Source: Phoronis australis (lineage: Eukaryota; Animalia; Phoronida). Taken from it: 64,000 nt of DNA. The stretch spans positions 13,635 through 77,634 of the forward strand of contig NMRA01000551.1 in the NCBI GenBank assembly GCA_002633005.1, read 5' to 3'. The first letter of the stretch is position 1. Each line of letters starts with the position of its first letter. A program made the translations under genes and the position numbers. The notes beneath the pieces were generated by a model. The model worked only from the letters and a program-made list of their open reading frames with translations, ran no database searches and was not told the DNA's origin. Below are positions 47,701-59,400 of the stretch, piece by piece.

Positions 47701-47859
47701 AAAACACTGAGGTTATTGAAAATTTTGCCAGGTAGCATACCTCGTACATTTGCTGAACACTTTTAATTGATTTTAGATGTTTAATTCCTACTTACCTGAA
47801 AACGTCGCGCACAAAAAACAAGCACTGAGCACGCAAAGGCATGCTTTTTCAGCAGACAT
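32371..47859 (-). CDS. Gene B: type I membrane receptor, signal-Sushi-CTLD-CTLD-Sushi-Ser/Thr stalk-TM-Tyr-rich tail (830 aa)
   Basis: Exons 47859-47796, 46917-46729, 44687-44448, 42699-42523, 40073-39750, 39229-39095, 37174-36971, 35494-34943, 34490-34409, 33868-33744, 32771-32371. All introns are GT-AG with consistent phases, total 2493 nt with no internal stop. Confidence 0.88.
33744..33868 (-). CDS. Gene B exon 10, juxtamembrane tail
   Basis: tattctag|G...G|gtaaga (phase 2-1). KHLAPPLNDENIYETTDNPLYNYGADASVKLPGPGHIVSYK. Confidence 0.82.
34202..34376. mobile_element. Short copy of the 9742-10002 MITE
   Basis: CATGCGCG...GGGTGAGCGCATG with the shared internal sequence; flanks CATCT/CTTCT. 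Confidence 0.7.
34409..34490 (-). CDS. Gene B exon 9, transmembrane helix
   Basis: cattttcag|AC...AG|gtaaag. YIWIIVATGILLFTVIIVFIAIVSAKRR. Confidence 0.88.
34943..35494 (-). CDS. Gene B exon 8, Ser/Thr-rich stalk
   Basis: ttcccgttcag|CT...T|gtgcgt (phase 1-1). ATSPSTKAMQLSTTS...QQNDT. The donor position is less certain. Confidence 0.8.
36971..37174 (-). CDS. Gene B exon 7, Sushi/CCP domain 2
   Basis: CGQPPIPIHS...FSIGGQVSYACKKGFRI...ECHSDGNWVGEDIRC (4 Cys plus Trp); phase 1-1. Confidence 0.9.
37576..37698 (-). pseudogene. Decayed Sushi-like pseudo-exon in gene B intron 6
   Basis: Intact polypyrimidine-ccag acceptor and AAG|gtgagt donor, 123 nt, phase 1-1. Reads AKVD*GKLAAPILLTSGVFLVNGVQLKTCHAVTPVLKK*SQ. 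Confidence 0.55.
38113..38226. repeat. Minisatellite, 22-bp unit x5
   Basis: TGTGGGACCTTATGGACAACTC repeated head-to-tail without spacers. Confidence 0.95.
39095..39229 (-). CDS. Gene B exon 6, CTLD2 C-terminal half (non-canonical)
   Basis: GQLIDDRLWAHRTTKTSEFCVYISATTRRLHLDICNTQRHYICKY; phase 1-1. Confidence 0.85.
39422..39491. mobile_element. 70-bp near-perfect palindrome between two TTAA (TIR-only element)
   Basis: TTAA-AGCCAAAAACTCTCCTTCCTGGACTTTATTATTT-TT-AAATAATAAAGTCCAGGAAGGAGCGTTTTTGGCT-TTAA, with one mismatch. Confidence 0.7.
39750..40073 (-). CDS. Gene B exon 5, CTLD2 N-terminal half
   Basis: gttttag|CG...G|gtaagc. NCYVL...SWFSSADACEKQDGFLAEIND...YWIGAKW. Confidence 0.88.
40599..40726. 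repeat. Tandem duplication, 60-bp unit x2
   Basis: TAATATTATGAACATTCCTGGATGGCTCAAGGTCTACACTTT... repeated at a 60-bp period. Confidence 0.9.
42523..42699 (-). CDS. Gene B exon 4, CTLD1 C-terminal half
   Basis: GKELTYFNWAPNEPNDVGSKEEYIMLWYGQKGNAGYKWNDEHGDTREQHGVLSKFICQF; phase 1-1. Confidence 0.9.
43356..43620 (+). mobile_element. Decayed THAP-domain transposon fragment in gene B intron 3
   Basis: Across frameshifts: KYPWMKDI...KKK, QWLRLIKLGNVESSR*IRVC and VHFTGGAGATEQHP. This is the THAP W...RVC..HF pattern. Confidence 0.55.
44448..44687 (-). CDS. Gene B exon 3, CTLD1 N-terminal half
   Basis: ttttgtag|GA...G|gtaaga. PRCPHEGVLVSNGICMQ...RNWKEAKWSC...FWVDG...WFWTSG. Confidence 0.9.
45520..46160 (-). 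mobile_element. Decayed LINE (RTE-X-like) RT C-terminal fragment
   Basis: MDKTKVIVFQKCVVLEKHEKRFFKGR*IQV...DYL*...LCKILDTQILPIIFYANELQGF, then IDLVQKTFCRF. These are typical post-RT motifs, with stops. Confidence 0.65.
46729..46917 (-). CDS. Gene B exon 2, Sushi/CCP domain 1
   Basis: VCGRTAVPLHG...YPINSLVKFFCNPGTYLAGHSETTCQQNGVWSHQTPKC; phase 1-1. Confidence 0.92.
47796..47859 (-). CDS. Gene B exon 1, signal peptide
   Basis: aaacATG MSAEKACLCVLSACFLCATFS-, donor CAG|gtaagt (phase 1). Confidence 0.75.
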
Positions 47860-50259
47860 GTTTCACAGATAGTAGATACGTTTGTAGACCAGTTCTCTCA
47901 TGCCGGATACAGCATGTCACTGCTGTCTACCACGGGGTTTTAGTAATAAATGGAAATTAATATGGCGCACCTGACCGATAATAGTGGAGCTAATCTGAAA
48001 GTCATATCACTGATAGGAAAGGACAGGTGTATTTAAAACAACAGCAGTGATTTAGGAGCACTGAACAATTAATATCTTTATTCAAAGAGCAAAATGATGT
48101 CTCCAATTAATTGAAAAGTATGTTTGCTAAAAGCATCAATATTAGGGCTTATCGTATCATAATAATACGAAAGATACATATTTTGGTGTGTATAGAACAC
48201 AGGAACATCAATGTGGCAAATCGAGACCGTTTTTGACGTCATTTTAGACATTTTGTAAGTAGAAAATGCTCTTTGTCAACATTTACACGCGGATCTCTGA
48301 ATTCATTGTTTGAATCCTTAACGTGGCGCTTTGTTATTCACGCTTTGTTATTCAATTGACTTATCTTAATGCCAAAATGATAACAATCATGATTGTTATT
48401 GTTTAATCTCGATCCGTGGTGATCTATGTGACATAACAATATGATATTATCTCTGAGTCAACAGGGAGGTCTGATCTCTTCATAAGATTCTTGCAACTGA
48501 AAATCCATTTATCATTTATGTAACACCGCAAGACAGGTACAGTCCACAACACAAGAATTTTTAGACTTGTTTGTGGTGTACCTTAAAAAGTTGGCAACCT
48601 ATTGTTTAACCATTTATTACTTTTACAGCCATACGCTCTTTCGCAGCGCCCTCATGTGGCCATGAGTGACGGAACCAAGGCATGAGATTACGGATAGTGA
48701 ATTTCCTTGTTTAGTATATTGCGGAACTACTACTACAAAAAAAAAAACAATCGCCGTTTTTGAAAAGGCTGTCGACACTCAGAATTGTTATCATGCAAAG
48801 TGAACTGCGACCGAAATGAACATTACTTATTTGACTTTGTTGCAAACTGTTTAATCCTTAGGTGGCAGAAATCCCATGATTAAACTTCTCATTAGATTAT
48901 TACCCTTAGTTCATGAGTAACAACTGGTAGAATTTCATTGTATGGAATCAACGATTAAGACTATAATTCCGATATTATAACATTGCTTCAGATTTTATCT
49001 ACACGTTGATTGTAATTATGAATTTTACTAAATTGAGAATTTCTTCAAGTTTGAGTCACGGTGTACATTTATTTCTTGTCTTACTTTTCTGTACAATAAT
49101 TTCAAGTTTATCTGTTCCTTCTTCTGTTTTTCGTACGACATATCATTAATTAGCTAATAATTGATTGTCACGTTTCATGACGTGGACGTGTGGTTAGCTC
49201 TAACCGGTGCTAACAGCTTTCGGTGCGATGATACACTTCAGTGCCTTGTCTTTTAACTTTAACCCATTCAACCTATAGAAATATTATTTCCAGTATTACA
49301 AAAATATTTTCAGTATTACATCTTTTTCATTGTTTATAGATATGCTCTATTCCAAGTCCGATTTGGGGAATTAGTCAAATTTCTGACGTTTATGTATAAA
49401 CATGGTGACTAATACAATATATTGTGATATCAAGAACATCACAACGTTTTATAAGGCTCCTGCCAGTGTGGCTAGTTACGGCCCGAAAGTAGGTGTGAGT
49501 AAAATTTTGGTCACAAATGCGGGCCCATCCCTTATTGGTCGTCACATCTAACGAACTTTTTTCGCGCCCCCTTGGCACTTTAATGTACTGGGTATGTGTA
49601 GGCCTACCATTTTTTGTGTCCATAACTATGATGAATGATTAATCACACTCTGGTTTAGTGGTAATTTCTGCCGCCGAGTCTGTGGTAAGAGTCTCAGTAT
49701 TACACAGTCAACAGAAATCCCAGAACGTGGTTTCCGTGAACGCTAATTTCAATCATCTTTTTCGTTAAGGGTGGCGCTTTTTGCCGGGTTTTCCGTCCAC
49801 CTCGCTAAAACGAAACATATTGGTTGCCGAACTTGCCGGCCTCCAGTTCCCTGTCTGAGCCCGCCGGTAACCTGCTAAAGGCCAGCAACTGTCGATATCA
49901 ATCTAGTCTATGCTCGAATTGTTTGAGATCAAATATTTTCGCTTGAAAGCGGTGCCTATCTGCAAATGAAAAGTGAAAATATTTCAAGTCTGGATCGGCA
50001 TATCTTTTCTGGGAAACTCTGAATGGTGAATAAATTTAACGCAGCGTCCTCTTTTGGGTATTATAAAAAACAAAGGAGCATCTATACCTAGAGAGCGAGT
50101 AAAATTCACACATATTTTAAGCTCATACAAAAGAATAAACTTAAAACTAACAATTTTTATTTTAATTGATAATATTGATGTTTGATGTTATTTTAACTGA
50201 AAATCTAGTCTCATATAGTTCACATCAGCTCGTCATTTACTGCGTTCCTACAATTAGCG

Positions 50260-50267
50260 TGACGTCA
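50260..50267. promoter_or_regulatory. CRE (TGACGTCA) in the RAD23 proximal promoter
   Basis: Perfect palindromic CRE ~80 bp upstream of the RAD23 ATG. Function not shown. Confidence 0.45.
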
Positions 50268-50348
50268 CTTTTTTGACGATTCTTTATATTGTCGTTTCTG
50301 CTTTGGTTTGCGGCAAATATCTCGTGGTATATTGCCTCTACATCCAAA

Positions 50349-50414
50349 ATGTTGATCACATTTAAAACATTACAACAACAAACATTTAAAGTGGAAATAG
50401 ATGGTTCGGAAACG
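50349..50414 (+). CDS. RAD23: RAD23 exon 1 (UBL)
   Basis: ATG...GAAACG|gtgagt, 22 codons. Confidence 0.95.
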
Positions 50415-53400
50415 GTGAGTAACGTGTATTTAAGTCGATTTATGCAGTCCTTTGTGCAACAGTGTTTGTCGCGTTTACCACATTTCTTTCGAATTCGCCA
50501 TTCCAGTCAAAAACCCTGACTCATGTGTTTTATCTTGATGCGTTCGCCTGACTGGTGTTGCTAAAGAAAACTCGTCATTTCAAAATAAATAAAGATCCAA
50601 AGTGTATGCTTGATTTATAGGCCACCAGGTTAACTCGTAACTAGACAATCACGGTTTACCAACCTATTGTTATTGCGTGTAACTGGCAATCAATTTTCAG
50701 TGACTAAATATAAAAAACAGAAAGCCTACTAGAAGCAAGCTCAGAGTTACCGTCAAGAAACATTGAACTTTTTTGATGTTCTTTGACTTTGATCCTTCCT
50801 TAGTCATAGCGGTTGTGATATTGGTGTAATATTAATGTAGTAATAACCAATATGATCTTAAGGTGCCACATGACAGTTTTTGATGACTTTGGGCTTGAAA
50901 ACTAGGTCTTGGCAGCTCCTAGGCAATGACCATCGCCTCTATTGGCCCAACCAGAGGCAATGCAGCTACTATAGACTCTCTTTACGCCGGAAGCTTTTCG
51001 TCGAATTATACCTCGCACTGGCTAAAGCATGAAAGTCACGTTGTTATAAATACCTTTTGCGCATAGAGGGACACCTTAGGAGTTTGTCAGTGTGTTCCTT
51101 CCAACTCGAATGAATACTTCTGTTATCGAACTTTTTGTTCGAGCGGTCACTGGTTCAATTCCCAAAATCGTGAACTCACTATTTTTATACTGTGCACACT
51201 CCAATTTTTACCGCTCTCGCTAGGTGATGTGACTTCATGACCTCAATTTTTTTAAAGATATTTATAAATAGGCCAAAGGTGAGCCATTGCGGTCTTGTCA
51301 GTCAGATGTTCGTTTCCAAAATGCCACCAATTATACTTGTCTTTAATTGGCGTTACTTGAAACTGATTGTATTTCAATGAATTATTGTTTGCATTTGATA
51401 AAATAAATGCTGTTGATATGAAATTTAATAGTCTTTGTGCACATATTTGACATTTTAATGTTTAACTCTTTCAACTCCAAGTAACTGTCGGCCATTGTGT
51501 CCCTGAACCCCAAGTAACTTAGCACACATGGGCTGAACTGAGGTACTTGTTTTCAAAATTCTATAGACAATCCATTTATCATTGAATTTCAAAGTGTGAT
51601 ACACCAAAATGTAGAGAACAGAATGAACTTTATCTACAATTTCACCAAAATTTTAAAATTTCACTCTCTCACGTGATGCAGGTAAGTAACACCTGAAATG
51701 CCGGTGTTTGTTTGCCAAATGCCAATTCAATGTATCGTTTAAAGAATAAAAATGATTTATGAGTAACAGTGTCGTCAATATTCTCCAGTAAAAGTTCTTA
51801 AGATACATTTTCGATCATATTTCACATCTTCTATTTACATTTGAAGGCCATAAAGTGACTTAAATTAGGCGATCGTTAAGTTCAACGATTCAAATTTGTC
51901 CACTTCCGGTTGTAACTCGCGCTTCGTTTGGGCATTCAAATTATTTACCCTGACAATTTCACCGAATATTTCATCGATATAGAAATTTTTAAAGTACTCA
52001 ACTTGCTTATCAGAACCATCGTACACTCTAGAAGACTCCAGATGTTCAGAAAATTTGCGAAGTTGTTGGAGTTCAACGGCATTTGTTTCACCAAATTACG
52101 AAATTCGCGACCTGTAAAACTTTCCTCCGGTTCAAAGCCATGTAATTCAACTTCTTTGTCGTAATAGTCAACAAAATCTGGCCTTTGAAAAGTCTATGTC
52201 TGAATCGCTGTCGGCCAACAGTTTGTTTTCGCGAGTCATGGATCTAAATTCTTGGAAAACCCCTTCAATAACTCATGTTACATCTCGGCAACTAATCAGA
52301 AAAGCTGTTAGAAATGAAGGTAAGTCTATATTTAATTTGTGACGTACGCAAAAGAATTCCCCTAATCAATCAATCAAATATGCTGTTTCTTGGAAGTTCG
52401 GCATATCGTGAGACCGATAAAGTGGTCCACGGTGTTGAATGGAGGTAAGTTTCACAGACCGCTTAAGCGGTCTGCGGTGTTGAAAGGGTTAACAACACGG
52501 CAAATGCACGGCTGGTTCCCGGCAGCACGTACGCAGAGGATGGGGACTTCAGCTTTCGACGTTCGCCGGTAGGACCGCAACTTCTGACCTTCAGCCTGAT
52601 TAAAAGAATGAGGTCATATCTCTTGGTTTGCGCCGAGTGAGTTCACGATTTTGGGAACTGAAATCGGGACTGCTCGAAGAAAAAGTTTGATAACGGGAGT
52701 ATTCGTTCAAGTTGGAAGGAATTAAACACATCGACAACCTCCCAAGGTGTTTCTCTGTGCGCAAAAGGTATTTATAACAACGTGACTTTGATGTTTTAGT
52801 CAGTGCGAGGCATAATGCGCTGAAAAGCTTCCGGCGTATGGAGCGCCTATAGGAGCTGCATTGCCTCTGGTCGGGCCAACAGAGGCATTGGTCATTGCCT
52901 AGGCAGCTCCAACACCCAGTTCTGAACACTGGGAGTACAAAACCTGAAAATATGAACAGTTAATTGATCCAAAGACTTCAACAACAGTGTAGAAAGTCTA
53001 TTGAAACTGATTTGTATTTACAAATACTATCATAAGTAACCTATATAGTAGTTTTAACCCCAAAACAACTATTAGTATGCGATTACTAAGAACCAAGAGA
53101 CGTTGCATTCAGCCTACCAAAACTCCACAGCTTATAGAAATCAGGTGAAAAGTGGGTGTTGAACAGCCAGATACCTTACAAATCCAAACTGTCTGAAGTA
53201 GGTTATTAGCCAGGATAATTAATATTGTCCATCGAATAATGGCACATAGCACAATTTGTAAGGCACACAGTGCCGCGTGTGGGGTGGTCAGCAGGCGGGT
53301 TTTCCCCTTCCCATCTAGCAAACTTTTGATTTTGTCCTTGAAAGGAAGCATTTTCCTTGATTTCTGCATCATCAAGTTGCTAATTTTGCTTGTTACTATG

Positions 53401-56400
53401 TTTGTTGAACTCTACACTCGGAACTTCGCTCCTTAACTGCGTTTGCGACATTTTTCCAATGCATGCAGTGCGCAAGTGGATTGAGGGATAGCAGTATTCA
53501 CAAATACTCTGTTCACATAGGATACGCCAGGATAAAAAGGCCGCTCTTTTGCAGGGCTCGGTGGTTGCCCGACAGTAGGTAACTTTCGACTTCTGGACAA
53601 GATGAAAGTTCAAACTTACTTGCCCGACTGGCAAGTTATGTTGAAAGTTCTGTTTGGTGGAAATTTTACCCCCTGTGAACGTAATTTTTCATTCACTAAG
53701 CAGTGGAAGTTCCGTTGGGGACTGTGCGTCAATTACTATTTCGCGGCGTGAAATTCATCCAAAATCACATGGTCCCATCAAAATCACGCAGCGACATAGT
53801 CTTGCAAAATCTTGCTTTTTTAGCAAGACTCTATGGTTACTGCGCACACCCCAAAATTATTGTCTGCGTTTTAGTGGACATTGTCAAACAACCTGGGACC
53901 GAGTAAGTCCGGCGGAGTCATGAAACAAAATATTTGCAATTCTTTATGGATAAAAAAACATTAAGCAAACTAAATATTCATGAGTGGAGCAGAAAAAAAC
54001 TATATGAAGCTAAGAGATCAAGGAGTGGCTAGAGTCATCACAAGGACAGATTTCCAGGGCAGTACAACACCCAGGACAGCGAGGTTTGCACAAATGTGCA
54101 GTCCATTTCAAAATCTTGTCTGCGACTCCAGCAAAGGCACGACTCACCAGTGTAACAGTTTGGAATTTGACGTGAGATTGAAAAGGTGTGCCCATACATC
54201 TAAAAGTCAGTTGGTACGCATGAGATGCAAAACCATTGGCAGTTAAGTTTCTGGTCAAGTGCTGGATTCTTGTGTTCTGTACGAGTATGGAAAGTTTAAA
54301 CTCTCTGGAAGATAAGACTTAGTGTTGGAACGTAAATATCCCGTGGCTGCCCCCGCAGTTGCAAATTTTGCTCGCCAGATTCGACATCTGCCCGCCCATT
54401 CAGCGGATACGTGGGTGGCTGGCTAATACCCTGTCCTAAAGGGTCCCTAAATTTCCTGCTAAGTTTCAACTTCCTGCTTTCAGGCAGTAAAAGTTTAAGA
54501 AAAGGTAAGACTGAGCAAAAAAGAGTCAATTTTTCACTCAGAAAAGACTCATAAATCAAGCAAATGCCATTCGTAGCCTTCACATGCTGCACAAAACTGA
54601 AAATGCTCTTCTAACACTGAGGGCACCGATGTCTAATAAAATTTAACTGTAGCTAAAGAATGGAACTACTGAGTGCCATCTAAAAGTCTTTTCTTCATGC
54701 TTAATCATAAAATTTTTTTTTCTGTATGATCATTCATCTAATTCTTACCTCTTCTATATTTTCATCTATGACAGGTGCTGGCTCTTAAACAGAAAGTTGA
54801 AGAAACAAAAGGCAGTGAATATGCAGCTGCTGGTCAAAAACTTATATATGCTGGTAGGTTGAAGTGTCCATGAATACCATATTCCACCAAAAATCATTAG
54901 TAACTGATCTACTGTGTACTGGCTGCTAATGGTAATGGAGAAAGGTGGCTCTTGATATGTAGATTGAGGTCCAAGGTTGCTGTGTTACCAGAATGCCTGC
55001 ATTTCTCTGGGTAGAACTTTCGTTTCGCTTCGGCCTCCTGATGAACTTTGTTCTTCACAAACTCAGAAATCTGTTCTTGTCTGAGTAAGGAACAAGTCGA
55101 GACCAATTTTATAACGGCATGTAGTCTAAACCAAATGTTTATTTCCTAAACGGAAGGCAGGTTTTAGCCACTTCAAGATAGTGCAAGTGCTTTTCCACCA
55201 TAGATAACTTCAGCTGCCATACGCTTTTGGACAAATGTGTTTACGTTGTTGTGCTTTTCAGTTGTGGAGAACACTATTGGCGCTATTAAATTTGTGGACA
55301 AATCAGTTATTTGACATTTTCTTGTGGCCACCCTTGGTGAATGGCATTTGTTGGTCCAGTTCTAGTGTGGAATAAACTTGCTGCCATTCTTGTATGGCAG
55401 GACATCCCTCTATCACTATTATTACACACAATCAATATGTTAGTCCTCTATCACTATTATTACACACAATCAATATGTTAGTCCTCTATCACTATTATTA
55501 CACACAATCAATATGTTAGTCCTCACCAGACATTCTGGCACAAGCTCATCACAGTGGCAATAAACCCACCCGTTGTATCAGAAATCAACTTATGGTATTG
55601 TACTTACTGATTTGGACTTGGTCTCGTCTTGTTCCTTACTGTGATTAAAAATGATATCTAGGCTTGAGAATAACCGATAGATAGTTATTGCCCCAGATGA
55701 GGCCCATTAAAAATGATATCTAGGCTTGAGAATAACCGATAGATAGTTATTGCCCCAGATGAGGCCCATTAAAAATGATATCTAGGCTTGAGAATAACCG
55801 ATAGATAGTTATTGCCCCAGATGAGGCCCATTAAGTTGCTCCTCATGGTCTGTTAGTTTTATTCATCAAAGCAGTGTGGCCATCTGGAAAAATTCCATGC
55901 AATTCATTGTAACGAATTTCCATTTAGATAAGCATAGTTTTATAATTGCATAATATTTTTTTGTTATCAAGCGTTTGTGTGCTGGCTCTTGTTAGCATTG
56001 TTTTGAAATTTGGGCACAGTGGGAATTTATTATTATTTTCCTCTGAGCATTTTCAGGCTCTTCTGTCAAACAAATGCTATTTTGTAATATGTAATTCAAG
56101 CATCCTGTGAAAGTGAGCATTAAGCATTTGAAATTAATGTGTGATAGTTAGGTATTGGTTCATTTCATGAACAACTGATTAAATTGGTGTTTCTTGTTTG
56201 TCTGATCCAATTTCTTCGTGGTCTATTGCAGGTAAAATCTTAGATGATGCCAAAACAGTTGGTTCCTACGACATACAAGAAAAAAACTTTGTGGTCATCA
56301 TGGTAACTAAGGTAGGTGTAGTCTATATGAGTTGTATCATGATAATAAGACGTGGTAACCAATGTAGGCAGTGTTCTCCACTTTTAACGTGTGGCAGCAT

Positions 56401-59400
56401 CCTGTTTGGCCGAGCGCGCGTCCTGTTTAAAAGTCCTGCGTCCTATTTAAAAATCCCGCGACCAGTTTAAAGATATAGGGACTACTTTGTAAAAAAGGCG
56501 TGGTCGTCGTTAATAAGATCTTCACTGGTTCAAATTACGCTTGACGGCAACTGGCCATAGACCAATGAAACTGAATAAAGGCTAAGGAAGTGGTCAGTGG
56601 TGGACAGCCTAATCACCGGTCTCACTCAAGCGGCAGACCGGGGCCCATAGTCTATTTATGGTGTAATGCGGCGTGTAAATAATTCCTCAATTATCTTTTC
56701 AATTCATCTGGAACAACTAGTCAATTTAAACAAAGGCCCAGTGCTACCTATATGCCTAATCCACTACCTGCTCACTGGAGGTGCAGTCCGGCACGAAAGT
56801 CACTGATCGTTGCGTTAGGCCTATTCGCTTTTGTAGTCACCTTTTTGTGTTCGGCGGATAACTGATCATATTACCCATTGAAAATAATTAAGGCTCGGTG
56901 GTTAATTCTGCGAAGTATATGTTGTCAGCAAAAACACCGTTGCGCAGCAGTTTATGCAACGGCCGTCTTCTGGGAGGCCAGAATTTTGGTTTTCGTAGCA
57001 CATTTTTCAATATTCCGTGGGCCCCACGATACCAGTCTCAAAAACATTTGCACGAAACTGTTTTTGATGGCTCTCATTGGTTGTTGTTTGTGTATTTCTC
57101 ACTTAGATGAATATTATTGGTTACTTTTGGTGCCACTGGCCCATTGAGATTGACCGAGTTCGTCTCGTTGCCTTATAAGGAGTTTCGTTGGCAGCATGAA
57201 CATTAAATCTGTCACGCATACTCCCTCTAAAATCTGCCAAGCCATTCGCAAACTCAACTTCGGTAGTGGCCGTGTGTGACGTTTACGTTTTCAGGGGAGT
57301 ATTCCGAGATTTGGGACAGCGGGTGACGTCATTGAGTGAAGTTCAAAATATATGTGTCTCGCGATGAGAAATTGCAGCCAAAATCACGTGCTCTCATTGA
57401 AATCAAGCGGTAATATCTCGCGTAATCTCGCAGAGTCTTGTTTACCTAGCCTGGTCCTTACGTAAGTGAATTCTATCCTGGCTTCCGTTACCAATTGACA
57501 TGCGCATTCTACATACTTAGAAATGTCGTCTGCCGCGCAAAAGCGAAGCACCGCTAAGCATAAGGATTATTTTAAAAGCCGAGAGATGTTTCAGATACTG
57601 ACGTTGACTCAGATGCAGATACAACAGATAATCCAGGGCCGGATGGTGGTGATATTGCAGGGCTCGGTCAACGAATCGCAAATATCCGTGTCAAGGCAAT
57701 ACAAATGAATACAATTCGCTCTAAGAGTCTAACTTGAGAATGGATGGTTTTCATCTGGAAGAATGAGTTTGTGACAATCCTGAAAATTATGGGAATTCCA
57801 TAGTTGCAAGCGTTTGATAATTCAGTTGATATCTTTTTAGAAATATTCGTTGTCATCAACAGGCCTAACACTCCCGTCCAAGTAAATGGAAAATGCACGT
57901 GCATTGTTTTGTTTACCCTACCTAATTTGCATTTATAAGGGAGGACTCGCATATTGTGCAGTTTTTACAAGAGTTCTGGTAGTGCAGAAGTTCAGTATGT
58001 TGTACCAGTTTCAGAACATCGAATTCAGACTACGTATAAGAATGCTGTGCAAGACATTACACTTACAGACTGAGGGAAAATGTAGACTCAGCTATCAAGA
58101 CATAAAAATGTGACAGACTTTACAAAGACTCTTCACTTGGACTGTCTACTTCATTGGAAAATTTTACTTCTGTGTTAGACTTTTTGTACTCAGTTGACAT
58201 TGACATGATCATCACAATTATTGAGTAGCCTAAAACATTTCTCCATACTGTATCAAACACGTCTGTAGACTTCCATTTCAAAGTCATTGACTAAGCAAAA
58301 TAGGTTATGACATATGTGATATGTTTGGAAACAAGTCCAACTTTTAAAAATAAAAAGTTGAATAAACATAGTTATTTCTTTGCACTACTGTGTATTACTA
58401 TTAAAATGCATGGGTAAAAATAAGGTGCACAAAAAACTGCACACTAGTTTATGGAGAACGTTGACCGCCTAGCGGTTCCAGCATGTTGCAGTTTTTACGC
58501 GTGCGACCTGTTTAGATTTTCAGATGTGGAGAACACTGGTAGGTGTAGTCTATATGAGTTGTATCATGATAACAAGGCATCATGGTAACCAAGGCTCGAC
58601 GTAACCCAGTTCTCGCTCAAATATACGAGTAGAAAAGGTAAAATATGAGTAGGAAATTGACCTCACTCGTATTATTTGAATGAGCGTGGGGCAGACACTC
58701 GGCTTTTTTTTGTTTGCCGCTCCTCCGAGATCTCAAAAACACTTAGTTTTCAAAAATTCCGTTTTGTTTCCGTTTTATGCAACTTTAGAGTTTTTCATAA
58801 AAATCATAACTATTACATAACTGATAGCATCTCATACGAAAATGGATCCTTTTGACAGCAATTTCCAACATCGTACTCTATAAAGCATAGTGTCTGAAAA
58901 TTTCATATAAATCCGGTTGGCCATTTGTGAGATGCGATGTTGTGAAGTTGGTCACATTTGGTCATTTTCCTATGGTCCAGCACAATCTTAATCCTCTTCA
59001 CCTCGTGGGCCCTTATGTGAGCTGTCTCCGCTGAGGCCCATCTTTTGCCACACTGTGCCCCTCTCCAGGTTGAACTAGCTTCTCCTTGCTATAACTGTTT
59101 GGTTTGCCTCCTTGTGGTTCTTGGCTGGCAGGCTGTTTCCTCCATCTAATGGATGACCATTTCAGCGTAGTCTTATTGATTTAGTTTTTGTCCGTTCTCA
59201 GTTCAGTGATAGAGCGTCACTATCAAATAGATCGCATAGGATTGATCATTTTTGTTAAGTATGTCTTAAATATAGATTCCGTATTTCATTGACAATTTGT
59301 TCCAACTACGAGGTTTTGTCTAGTGTGGAAAAACGAAACCACAAAACTTGGGCTTGGTGATGCATCATTTTTGTTAAGCTGTGGTTGAAGTAAAAAGCTT

